Of a DNA stretch of 64,000 nucleotides, positions 20,161-29,625 are shown piece by piece. Location of the stretch: the NCBI GenBank assembly GCA_965247115.1, contig CBDFGR010000002.1, forward strand, positions 1,984,001-2,048,000, in the 5' to 3' direction. Both the position numbers and the translations under genes were made by a program. Below the pieces are notes generated by a model that worked only from the letters and a program-made list of their open reading frames with translations, was not told the origin of the DNA and did not search any database. Source of the DNA: Myxococcota bacterium (lineage in GTDB: Bacteria > Myxococcota_A > UBA9160 > SZUA-336). Positions within the stretch are counted from its first letter, which is position 1. Each line of letters opens with the position of its first letter.

Positions 20161-22041
20161 ATGAGGTGGTTTGTAGCAGCATCTGTTGCCTTCACGACGT
20201 TGCTGCCGATGGCGACCTGGGCCCAGGTGACGGATTCCGCATACGGCGTCATGTTCGAGGCGCAGTGCGGGGTCTGTCATGGAACGACCAGTGACGTGCC
20301 CAACGCGGTCAGTCGCGAGGCCCTCCGGGCCTTCTCCCCGGAGCGGGTGTTCAAGGCGCTGACGACCGGTGCGATGGTGGTCAATGCGAGCGGGCTCTCG
20401 GAGCGGGAGAAGCGCGGTCTGTCCGAGTACCTGACCGGTCGCCCGTTCGGAAACGCGGCGGACCGCCTGGCTGCGGCGATGCCGAACCGCTGCGCCAGTG
20501 GCATGCCGCTGCGGGATCCGTCCGCCGGGCCGCACTGGAACGGCATGAGCCCGGATCCCACGACGAGCGCGCGCTTTCAGCCCACCGCTGCGGCGGGGCT
20601 GACGGTCGAGCAGCTGCCGCGACTGCGGCGGAAGTGGGCGTTCGGCTTTCCGGACGGCGGCGCGGTCCGGGCCCAGCCGACGGTGGCCGGGGGTCGGGTA
20701 TTCGTGGGTAGCGACAACGGCGTGGTGTACGCGCTCGACGCACAGACCGGCTGTGTGCACTGGTCCTTCGACGCCGGGGAGGCCGTGGTGGCGGCCGTCA
20801 GCGTTGGAGCGCTGACCGGTTCGCAAGACCGCTATGTCGCGTACTTCGGGGATTTCCGGGCGAACGTCTACGCCGTGGACGCCGAAACGGGCGAGCAGCT
20901 GTGGACGGTGTCTGTGGACGACCATGAGATGACGAAGATCACGGGCTCGCCGGTGCTCGATCCCCAGGGGGGACGCCTGTACGTGTCGGTAGCCTCCTGG
21001 GAGGAGCTCCAGGGCATGGCCAACATGTCGTACGAGTGCTGCACGTCCCAAGGGAGCGTGGTGGCGCTGGACGCCGGGACCGGTCGGCAGATCTGGAAGA
21101 CCTACACGATCCCCGAGCGTCCCAGACCGATCAGGAAGAACTCCGCCGGCACACAGCTGTACGGCCCGGCGGGTGCCTCGATCTGGGTGGCACCCACGCT
21201 CGACTACAGGCGCCGGGTCCTCTACGTCGGTACGAGCAATGGCTATATCAACGTGCCGGACGCGGGATCCAGTGACGCCGTCATTGCCTTCGACCTCGAC
21301 ACCGGCAAGAGACGCTGGTCGACTCAGCTCCTGGCCAACGATCTGAACTGCGGGGGAGGTGGAGCGACCGCTGCCGAGCTCAGGATCAACTGCCCCGGGT
21401 ACATCAGTTCCTCGTTTCCAGGCTCAGGTGCCAACGACGACGTGTCCGGATCGCCTGTCTTGTACACACTCCCGAACGGGCGCCAGATTCTGATTGCGGG
21501 GCAGGAGAGCGGAAGGACCACGGCGCTCGATCCCGACAACAACGGCGCCGTGCTCTGGGTCGCACAGGCGGGGGACACGATCGGCCCAAACCAGGGCGGA
21601 GGTCTCGGTGCTGCCGCGGATGGGGAGCTCTACTACAGGGCCGTCGGGTTCCCCGATAAGACCGGTGCGATGGCCGCGCTCCGGCCCGCGACGGGCGAAA
21701 GGGTCTGGTACACCCCGCACGCGAAGCCGACGAGTTGCTCCGACCCGGAGGCGGGCTGGTGCAGCTCGGCACTGCTCGGGGCGGTGACGGTCATCCCCGG
21801 CGCCGTGTTCACGGGGGGGAGAGACGGCATCCTGCGCGCGTACTCGACGGGGGACGGCGAGATCCTTTGGGAATACAACACGATGCAGGAGTACGAGACG
21901 GTGAACGGCGTCCGCGCGAAGGGCGGCTCGATCGGTGGCCACGGGCCCGCGATCGTCGGGGGCATGCTGTTCATGGGCTCCGGCTACAGCATCGTCACGA
22001 GCGTTCCGGGCAACGTGCTGCTCGCGTTTGGCGTCGAGTAG
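20161..22041 (+). CDS. Cytochrome c-PQQ quinohaemoprotein dehydrogenase (PVADH-like), copy 1
   Basis: Signal peptide, CGVCH, KWAFGFP, YALDAxTGCVHW, SWEE, YECC, PQQ beta-propeller repeats, GNVLLAF. Confidence 0.92.
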   Translation: MRWFVAASVAFTTLLPMATWAQVTDSAYGVMFEAQCGVCHGTTSDVPNAVSREALRAFSPERVFKALTTGAMVVNASGLSEREKRGLSEYLTGRPFGNAADRLAAAMPNRCASGMPLRDPSAGPHWNGMSPDPTTSARFQPTAAAGLTVEQLPRLRRKWAFGFPDGGAVRAQPTVAGGRVFVGSDNGVVYALDAQTGCVHWSFDAGEAVVAAVSVGALTGSQDRYVAYFGDFRANVYAVDAETGEQLWTVSVDDHEMTKITGSPVLDPQGGRLYVSVASWEELQGMANMSYECCTSQGSVVALDAGTGRQIWKTYTIPERPRPIRKNSAGTQLYGPAGASIWVAPTLDYRRRVLYVGTSNGYINVPDAGSSDAVIAFDLDTGKRRWSTQLLANDLNCGGGGATAAELRINCPGYISSSFPGSGANDDVSGSPVLYTLPNGRQILIAGQESGRTTALDPDNNGAVLWVAQAGDTIGPNQGGGLGAAADGELYYRAVGFPDKTGAMAALRPATGERVWYTPHAKPTSCSDPEAGWCSSALLGAVTVIPGAVFTGGRDGILRAYSTGDGEILWEYNTMQEYETVNGVRAKGGSIGGHGPAIVGGMLFMGSGYSIVTSVPGNVLLAFGVE

Positions 22042-22056
22042 CGAGGAGGCACGCTG

Positions 22057-23949
22057 ATGAGATGGTTTTGGGTGGCGTCTGTCGCCGCTGCGGTGTTCCT
22101 ACCGATGACGACCTCGGCGGGGGGCGGGGGTCTGGGCGCCGGGGCACCCCAAGGGGTGACGGACGCACGAGGCTACGTGATGTTCGAGGAGCGGTGCGCG
22201 GTCTGCCATGGAACGACCAGTCTCGTCCCCAACGCGGTCAGTCGCGAGGCCCTCCGGGCGTTCTCCCCTGAGCGAGTGTTCGAGGCGCTGACGACCGGCA
22301 CGATGGCGGCCAATGCGAGCGCCCTCTCGGAGCAGGACAAGCGTGGGCTTGCCGAGTACCTGACCGGTAGGCCCTTCGGAAACGTGGCAGACCGCTCCGC
22401 TGCGGCGATGCCGAACCGGTGCGGGAGTGGCATGCCGATGGGCGATCCGTCGGTCGGGCCACAGTGGAACGGCATGAGCCCCGATCCCACCACGAGCGCT
22501 CGCTTTCAGCCGGCCGCTGCCGCGGGGCTGACGGTCGAGCAGGTGCCGCGGTTGCGGCGAAAGTGGGCGTTCGGCTTTCCAGACGGCAGCTCGATCCGGG
22601 GCCAGCCCACGGTGGCCGGTGGTCGGGTGTTCTTGGGCAGCGACAACGGGATGGTGTACGCGCTCGACGCGCGGACCGGCTGCGTGCACTGGTCCTCCGA
22701 GGCAGGGGAAGCAGTCGTGACTGCCGTCAGCGTGGGAACGGTGCCCGGGTCGCAGGGCCGCTACGCGGCGTACTTTGGAGACTTCCGGGCGAACGTGCAC
22801 GCCGTGGACGCCGAGACGGGCGAGCCGCTCTGGACCGTGCGCGTGGACGACCATGAGATGGCGAAGATCACGGGTTCGCCCGTGCTCGATACGCAGGGCG
22901 GACGCTTGTATGTGCCGGTAGGCTCGTGGGAGGAGGTCTCCGGTCTCTTCAACCTCTCCTACGAGTGCTGCACGTCCCAGGGCAGCGTGGTGGCCCTGGA
23001 TGCCGCGACCGGCCAGCAGATCTGGAAGACCTACACGATTCCCGAACGTCCCCAACCGGTCAGGAAGAACTCTGCCGGCACGCAGCTGTACGGTCCATCG
23101 GGTGCCGGGGTTTGGGCGGCGCCGACGCTCGACTACCGGCGCCGGGTCATCTACGTCGGCACGGCCAATGGCTATGTCGATGTGCCGGACTCGGGGTCCA
23201 GTGACGCTGTCATCGCCTTCGACCTCGACACCGGCAAGAGGCGCTGGTCTACCCAGCTCTTGGCCGGCGATATGAACTGTGGGGGAGGCGGACCGACGGA
23301 TGCCGACAAGAGGATCAACTGCCCCGGCTTCATACCGAACCAGAACGATGATGTGTCCGGGTCTCCCGTCCTCCACACGCTGCCGAACGGGCGGCAGATT
23401 CTGATCGCGGGGCAGGAGAGCGGCAGGATCACGGCGCTCGATCCCGACAGCAACGGCGCTGTGCTGTGGGTCGCACAGGCCGGTGACGTGCTGTGGCCAA
23501 GAGGCTCTGGCCTGGGCGCCGCCACAGATGGAGAGCTCTACTACAGGCCCCTCGGGTTGCCCGACCAGACGGGTGCGATGGCTGCGCTCCGGCCCGCGAC
23601 GGGCGAGCGCGTCTGGTACACCCCGCACGCGAAGCCGACGAGCTGCTCCGATCCCGAGGCGGACTGGTGCAGCTCGGGACTGTTCGGGGCGGCGACGGTC
23701 ATCCCAGGCGTCGTGTTCGCGGGGGCGAGGGATGGCACCCTGCGCGCGTACTCGACGGGAGACGGCGAGATCCTATGGGAATACGGCACGATGCAGGAGT
23801 ACGAGACGGTGAACGGCGTGCGAGCCAAGGGGGGTTCGATCGGTGGCCATGGCCCGGCGATCGTCGGAGGCATGCTGTTCCTGGGCTCCGGGTACAACAT
23901 CATCAGGAGCGCTCCGGGCAACGTGCTGCTCGCGTTTGGCGTGGAATAG
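22057..23949 (+). CDS. PVADH-like quinohaemoprotein, copy 2
   Basis: CAVCH plus the same PQQ propeller motifs; GAGGAGG RBS. Confidence 0.92.
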   Translation: MRWFWVASVAAAVFLPMTTSAGGGGLGAGAPQGVTDARGYVMFEERCAVCHGTTSLVPNAVSREALRAFSPERVFEALTTGTMAANASALSEQDKRGLAEYLTGRPFGNVADRSAAAMPNRCGSGMPMGDPSVGPQWNGMSPDPTTSARFQPAAAAGLTVEQVPRLRRKWAFGFPDGSSIRGQPTVAGGRVFLGSDNGMVYALDARTGCVHWSSEAGEAVVTAVSVGTVPGSQGRYAAYFGDFRANVHAVDAETGEPLWTVRVDDHEMAKITGSPVLDTQGGRLYVPVGSWEEVSGLFNLSYECCTSQGSVVALDAATGQQIWKTYTIPERPQPVRKNSAGTQLYGPSGAGVWAAPTLDYRRRVIYVGTANGYVDVPDSGSSDAVIAFDLDTGKRRWSTQLLAGDMNCGGGGPTDADKRINCPGFIPNQNDDVSGSPVLHTLPNGRQILIAGQESGRITALDPDSNGAVLWVAQAGDVLWPRGSGLGAATDGELYYRPLGLPDQTGAMAALRPATGERVWYTPHAKPTSCSDPEADWCSSGLFGAATVIPGVVFAGARDGTLRAYSTGDGEILWEYGTMQEYETVNGVRAKGGSIGGHGPAIVGGMLFLGSGYNIIRSAPGNVLLAFGVE

Positions 23950-23961
23950 CGAGGAGGCGCG

Positions 23962-25827
23962 ATGATGATGAGGTGGCTTGGTGTGATGTCCGTCGCCGTC
24001 ACGGTGTTGCTACCGACGGCGGCCTCGGCGCAGGCGACGGATGCTCGGTGGCTCTTCCTGTTCGAGGAACAATGCGCCACCTGCCATGGAACGACCAGTA
24101 TCGTTCCCAACGCGGTCAGTCGCGAGGCGATTCGCTCGTTCTCCCCGGAGCGGGTGCTCGAGGCGCTGACGACCGGTGCGATGGTGCCCAACGCGAGCGG
24201 GCTCTCGGAGGAGGAGAAGCGCGGCTTGGCCGAGTACCTGACGGGTCGCCCGTTCGGAAACGCGGCGGACCGCTCGGCCGAGGCGATGCCGAACCGTTGC
24301 GCCGACGATATGCCGATGGGCGATCCGTCGGTCGGCCCGCAGTGGAACGGCATGAGCCCCGATCCCACGACGAGCGCCCGCTTTCAGCCGGCCGCTGCGG
24401 CAGGGCTGACGGCCGAGCAGCTGCCGCGGCTGCGGCGCAAGTGGGCGTTCGGCTTTCCGGACGGCAGCTCGCTCCGGGGCCAGCCCACGGTCGCCGGGGG
24501 TCGCGTGTTCGTGGGCAGCGACAACGGGATGGTGTACGCGCTCGACGCGAAGAGCGGCTGCGTGCACTGGTCCTTCGAGGTCGGCGAAGCTGTGATTACG
24601 GGGATCAGCGTGGGGACCGTGCCCGGGTCCGGAGACCGCTACGCCGCGTACTTCGGGGATTTCCGGGCGAACGTCCACGCGGTGGACGCCGAGACGGGCG
24701 AAGGGCTCTGGACGGTGTCTGTGGACGAGCACGAGTTTGCGAAGGTCAGCGGCTCGCTGGTGCTCGATCCCCAGGGGGGACGCCTGTACGTGCCGGTAGG
24801 CTCGTGGGAGGAAGTCTCGGGCATCGTCAACCTCCTGTACGAGTGCTGCACTTCCCAGGGCAGCGTGGTGGCCCTGGAGGCCGCAACCGGGCGGCAAATC
24901 TGGAAGAGCTACACGATTCCCGAACGTCCCCGGCCGGTCAGGAAGAACTCCGCCGGCACGCAGCTGTTCGGCCCATCGGGGGCCGGGGTCTGGGCGGCGC
25001 CCACGCTCGACTACCGGCGCCGGGTCCTCTACGTCGGCACGGCGAACGGCTACATCAATGTGCCGGACTCGGGGTCCAGTGACGCCGTCATCGCCTTCGA
25101 CCTCGATACGGGCAAGCGACGCTGGTCGACCCAGCTCTTGGCCGGCGATCTGAACTGCGGGGGCGGTGGATCGACCGACGCCGACAAGAGGATCAACTGC
25201 CCCGGCTTCATCCCGACCACGAACGACGATGTGTCCGGGTCGCCCGTCCTGCACACGCTGCCGGATGGGCGCCAGATTCTGATCGCGGGGCAGGAGAGCG
25301 GCAGGATCACAGCGTTGGATCCGGACGACAACGGCGCCGTGCTGTGGGTCGCGCAAGCAGGGGACGTGCTGAGCCCAGGAGGCGGCGGCATGGGCGCCGC
25401 CGCGGATGGAGAGCTCTACTACAGGGCCCTCGTGCTCCCCGACAGGACCGGTGGGATGGCCGCGCTCCGATCCGCGACGGGCGAGCGGGTCTGGTACGCC
25501 ACCCACCCGAAGCCCACGAGCTGCTCCGACCCGGAGGCGGACTGGTGCAGCTCGGGACAGTATGGAGCGGCGACGGTGATCCCCGGCGCCGTCTTCGCAG
25601 GGGCCCGGGACGGCACCCTGCGCGCGTACTCGACGGGGAACGGCGAGGTCCTGTGGGAGTACGACACGATGCAGGAGTACGAGACGGTGAACGGCGTGCG
25701 TGCGAAGGGGGGCTCGATCGGTGGCCACGGGCCGGCGATCGTCGGCGGCATGCTGTTCATGGGCTCCGGGTACAACATCATCACGAGCACCCCGGGCAAC
25801 GTGCTGCTCGCGTTTGGCGTGGAATAG
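23962..25827 (+). CDS. PVADH-like quinohaemoprotein, copy 3
   Basis: CATCH plus the same motifs. Confidence 0.92.
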   Translation: MMMRWLGVMSVAVTVLLPTAASAQATDARWLFLFEEQCATCHGTTSIVPNAVSREAIRSFSPERVLEALTTGAMVPNASGLSEEEKRGLAEYLTGRPFGNAADRSAEAMPNRCADDMPMGDPSVGPQWNGMSPDPTTSARFQPAAAAGLTAEQLPRLRRKWAFGFPDGSSLRGQPTVAGGRVFVGSDNGMVYALDAKSGCVHWSFEVGEAVITGISVGTVPGSGDRYAAYFGDFRANVHAVDAETGEGLWTVSVDEHEFAKVSGSLVLDPQGGRLYVPVGSWEEVSGIVNLLYECCTSQGSVVALEAATGRQIWKSYTIPERPRPVRKNSAGTQLFGPSGAGVWAAPTLDYRRRVLYVGTANGYINVPDSGSSDAVIAFDLDTGKRRWSTQLLAGDLNCGGGGSTDADKRINCPGFIPTTNDDVSGSPVLHTLPDGRQILIAGQESGRITALDPDDNGAVLWVAQAGDVLSPGGGGMGAAADGELYYRALVLPDRTGGMAALRSATGERVWYATHPKPTSCSDPEADWCSSGQYGAATVIPGAVFAGARDGTLRAYSTGNGEVLWEYDTMQEYETVNGVRAKGGSIGGHGPAIVGGMLFMGSGYNIITSTPGNVLLAFGVE

Positions 25828-25839
25828 CGAGGAGGCAAG

Positions 25840-27735
25840 ATGATGCGATGGTTCCTGCTGGCGTTTGTCGCCGTCACAATGACTCTGCCGCTGGCGGCCC
25901 GGGGGCAGGTGACATCGGGTGAGTATCTCTTCCTGTACGAGTCCCAGTGCGCGGTCTGTCATGGAACTGACAGTGGCGTCCCCAACGCGGTCAGTCGCGA
26001 AGCCCTCCGCGCGCTCTCCCCGGAGCGGGTACTCGAGGCGCTGACGAATGGCCCGATGGTGGCCAATGCGAGCGGGCTATCGGACGTGCAGAAGCGCGGG
26101 CTGGCCCAGTTCCTGACCGGCCGCCCGTTCGGAAGCGCGGCGGACCGCTCGGCAGAGGCAATGCCGAATCGCTGCGCCAGTGGCATGCCCATGCGAGATC
26201 CGTCAGCGGGTCCGGGGTGGAACGGCATGAGCCCGGATCCGACGACAAGCGCTCGTTTTCAGCCGACCGCCGCGGCGGGGCTGACGGTCGAGCAGCTGCC
26301 GCAGCTGCAGCGGAAGTGGGTGTTCGGCTTTCCGGATGGCAGCGGGGTCCGGGGTCAGCCGACGGTAGCTGGGGGTCGGGTGTTCGTGGGTAGCGACAAC
26401 GGGATGGTGTACGCGCTCGACGCACAGACCGGCTGTGTGCACTGGTCCTTTGAGGCCGCGACGGCCGTTGTGACGTCCATCAGCGTCGGGACCGTGCCCG
26501 GGTCGCAAGACCGTTTTGCCGCGTACTTCGGGGATTTCCGGGCGAATGTCTACGCCGTCGATGCCGAAACGGGCGAGCAGCTGTGGACGCTGTCCGTCGA
26601 CGACCATGAGATGGCGAAGATCACGGGCTCGCCCGCGCTCGATCCCCAGGGGGGACGCCTGTATGTGTCGGTGGGCTCATGGGAGGAGGGCGCTGGCCAG
26701 AACCTCTCGTACGAGTGCTGCACGTCCCAGGGCAGCGTGGTGGCCCTGGAGGCCGGGACAGGGCGGCAGATCTGGAAGACCTACACGATTCCCGAACGTC
26801 CCAGGCCGATCAGGAAAAACTCCGCCGGCACGCAGCTGTACGGACCAGCGGGCGCCGGGGTCTGGGTGGCGCCCACGCTCGACCTCGAGCGGGGCGCCGT
26901 CTACGTCGGTACGAGCAATGGCTACATCAACGTACCGGACTCGGGGTCCAGTGACGCCATCATTGCCTTCGACCTCGACACCGGCGAGAGGCGCTGGTCG
27001 ACTCAGCTGCTGGCCAATGATCAGAACTGCGGGGGAGGTGGCCTCACCGATGCCGACCACAGGATCAACTGCCCCGGCTTCGTGGGGGTTCTGGAGGCAA
27101 CGCGTGCACTCGGTGGAAATCCCAACGACGACGTCTCCGGCTCGCCAGTCCTGCACACGCTGCCGGATGGTCGCCAGATTCTGATCGCGGGGCAGGAGAG
27201 CGGCAGGATCACGGCACTCGATCCCGACAAGAGCGGCGCCGTGCTGTGGGTCGCGCAGGCCGGGGATGTCTTGGTCTTGGGCCCACAGGGCGGCGGCATG
27301 GGCGCCGGCGCGGATGGAGAGCTCTACTACAGGGCCGTCGGGTTCGCCGATCAGACCGGTGCGATGACCGCGCTCCGGCCCGCGACGGGCGAGCGGGTCT
27401 GGTACACCCCGCACGCGAAGCCGACGAGCTGCTCCGACCCGGAGGCGGACTGGTGCAGCTCGGGACTGTTCGGGGCGGCGACGGTCATCCCCGGCGCCGT
27501 GTTCGCGGGGGCCAGGGACGGCACGCTGCGCGCGTACTCGACGGGGGACGGCGAGGTCCTGTGGGAATACAGCACGATGCAGGAGTACGAGACGGTGAAC
27601 GGCGTGCGGGCCAAGGGCGGCTCGATCGGCGGCCATGGGCCGGCGATCGTCGGGGGCATGCTGTTCATGGGCTCCGGATACAGCGTGACCGGGGGCGTTC
27701 CGGGCAACGTGCTGATCGCGTTCGGCGTCGAGTAG
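25840..27735 (+). CDS. PVADH-like quinohaemoprotein, copy 4
   Basis: CAVCH plus the same motifs. Confidence 0.92.
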   Translation: MMRWFLLAFVAVTMTLPLAARGQVTSGEYLFLYESQCAVCHGTDSGVPNAVSREALRALSPERVLEALTNGPMVANASGLSDVQKRGLAQFLTGRPFGSAADRSAEAMPNRCASGMPMRDPSAGPGWNGMSPDPTTSARFQPTAAAGLTVEQLPQLQRKWVFGFPDGSGVRGQPTVAGGRVFVGSDNGMVYALDAQTGCVHWSFEAATAVVTSISVGTVPGSQDRFAAYFGDFRANVYAVDAETGEQLWTLSVDDHEMAKITGSPALDPQGGRLYVSVGSWEEGAGQNLSYECCTSQGSVVALEAGTGRQIWKTYTIPERPRPIRKNSAGTQLYGPAGAGVWVAPTLDLERGAVYVGTSNGYINVPDSGSSDAIIAFDLDTGERRWSTQLLANDQNCGGGGLTDADHRINCPGFVGVLEATRALGGNPNDDVSGSPVLHTLPDGRQILIAGQESGRITALDPDKSGAVLWVAQAGDVLVLGPQGGGMGAGADGELYYRAVGFADQTGAMTALRPATGERVWYTPHAKPTSCSDPEADWCSSGLFGAATVIPGAVFAGARDGTLRAYSTGDGEVLWEYSTMQEYETVNGVRAKGGSIGGHGPAIVGGMLFMGSGYSVTGGVPGNVLIAFGVE

Positions 27736-27750
27736 CGAGGAGATACGCTG

Positions 27751-29613
27751 ATGAGGTGGCTCCTAGTGGTGTCTGTCGCCGTAACGGTGTGGCTGCCGAC
27801 GGCGGCCTCGGCGCAGGTGACGGCTGCACAGGGCTACGTGACTTATGAGGACCGGTGCGCGATGTGCCACGGAACGAAGAGTCTCGTTCCCAACGCGGTC
27901 AGTCGCGAAGCCCTCCGTTCGTTTCCCCCGGAACGGGTGCTCAAGGCTCTGACGACTGGCACGATGGCGGCCAATGCGAGCGGGCTTTCGGAGCAGGAGA
28001 AGCGCGGGCTGGCCGAGTACCTGACCGGTCGCCCGTTCGGAAACGCGGCGGACCGCTCGGCCAAGGCGATGCCGAACCGCTGCGCCGATGACATGCCGAT
28101 GCGAGATCCGTCGTCCGGCCCGCACTGGAACGGCATGAGCCCCGATCCCACTACGAGCGCTCGCTTTCAGCCGGCGGCCGCCGCCGGGCTGACGGCCGAG
28201 CAGCTGCCACGGCTGCGGCGGAAGTGGGCGTTCGGCTTTCCGGACGGCAGCTCGGTCCGGGGCCAGCCGACGGTGGCTGGAGGACGAGTGTTTGTGGGCA
28301 GCGACAACGGGATGGTGTACGCGCTCGACGCGAAGACCGGCTGTGTGCACTGGTCCTTCGAGTCCGGGGAAGCAGTGGTAACGGCCATCAGCGTTGGAGC
28401 GCTGCCCGGGTCGCAGGACCGCTACGCGGCGTACTTTGGAGACTTCCGCGCGAATGTGCACGCCGTGGACGCCGAGACGGGAGAGCCCCTGTGGACGGTG
28501 CGCGCGGACGACCATGAGATGGCGAAGATCACGGGTTCGCCCGTGCTCGACACGCAGGGGGGACGCCTGTTTGTGCCGGTAGGCTCGTGGGAGGAGGTCT
28601 CTGGGATCTTCACCCTCTCGTACGAATGCTGCACGTCCCAGGGCAGCGTGGTGGCCCTGGATGCCTTGACCGGGCGGCAGATCTGGAAGACCTACACGAT
28701 CCCCGAGCGTCCCAGGCCGGTCGGGAAGAACTCCGCAGGCACGCAGCTGTACGGTCCCTCGGGTGCCGGAATCTGGGCGGCACCGACGCTCGACCTCAGG
28801 CGCAGGACCCTCTACGTCGGGACGAGCAACGGCTACATCGAGGTGCCCGACTCGGGGTCCAGTGACGCCGTCATCGCCTTCGACCTCGACACGGGCAAGA
28901 GGCGCTGGTCGACCCAGCTCTTGGCCGGCGATCAGAACTGCGGGGGAGGTGGAATTGCCGCTGCCGACACGAGGATCAACTGCCCCGGTAAGATCCAGAA
29001 TCAAAATGACGATGTGTCCGGGTCGCCCGTCCTGTACACGCTGCCGAACGGGCGTCAGATTCTGATCGCGGGGCAGGAGAGCGGCAGGATCACAGCACTG
29101 GATCCGGACGACAACGGCGCCGTGCTGTGGGTCGCGCAGGCAGGCGACGTGATTGGCCCGAACATGGCGGGCGGCCTTGGTGCTGCCGCGGATGGAGAGC
29201 TCTACTACAGGGCGCTCGGGTTCCCCGACAAGACCGGTGCGATGGCCGCGCTCCGACCCGCAACGGGCGAGCGGGTCTGGTACACCACCCACGCGAAGCC
29301 GACGAGCTGCTCCGACCCCGAGGCGGACTGGTGCACATCGGGCCAGTTCGGGGCAGTCACGGTGATCCCCGGCGCCGTGTTCGCGGGGGCGAGGGACGGC
29401 ACCCTGCGAGCGTACTCGACGGGGGACGGCGAGGTCCTCTGGGAGTACAGCACGATGCAGGAGTACGAGACGGTGAACGGCGTGCAGGCCAAGGGGGGCT
29501 CGATCGGTGGCCACGGGCCGGCGATCGTCGGCGGCATGCTGTTCATCGGCTCGGGTTACAACATCATCACGAGCACCCCGGGCAACGTGCTGCTCGCGTT
29601 CGGGGTCGAGTAA
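27751..29613 (+). CDS. PVADH-like quinohaemoprotein, copy 5
   Basis: CAMCH plus the same motifs. Confidence 0.92.
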   Translation: MRWLLVVSVAVTVWLPTAASAQVTAAQGYVTYEDRCAMCHGTKSLVPNAVSREALRSFPPERVLKALTTGTMAANASGLSEQEKRGLAEYLTGRPFGNAADRSAKAMPNRCADDMPMRDPSSGPHWNGMSPDPTTSARFQPAAAAGLTAEQLPRLRRKWAFGFPDGSSVRGQPTVAGGRVFVGSDNGMVYALDAKTGCVHWSFESGEAVVTAISVGALPGSQDRYAAYFGDFRANVHAVDAETGEPLWTVRADDHEMAKITGSPVLDTQGGRLFVPVGSWEEVSGIFTLSYECCTSQGSVVALDALTGRQIWKTYTIPERPRPVGKNSAGTQLYGPSGAGIWAAPTLDLRRRTLYVGTSNGYIEVPDSGSSDAVIAFDLDTGKRRWSTQLLAGDQNCGGGGIAAADTRINCPGKIQNQNDDVSGSPVLYTLPNGRQILIAGQESGRITALDPDDNGAVLWVAQAGDVIGPNMAGGLGAAADGELYYRALGFPDKTGAMAALRPATGERVWYTTHAKPTSCSDPEADWCTSGQFGAVTVIPGAVFAGARDGTLRAYSTGDGEVLWEYSTMQEYETVNGVQAKGGSIGGHGPAIVGGMLFIGSGYNIITSTPGNVLLAFGVE

Positions 29614-29625
29614 CGAGGAGACACG

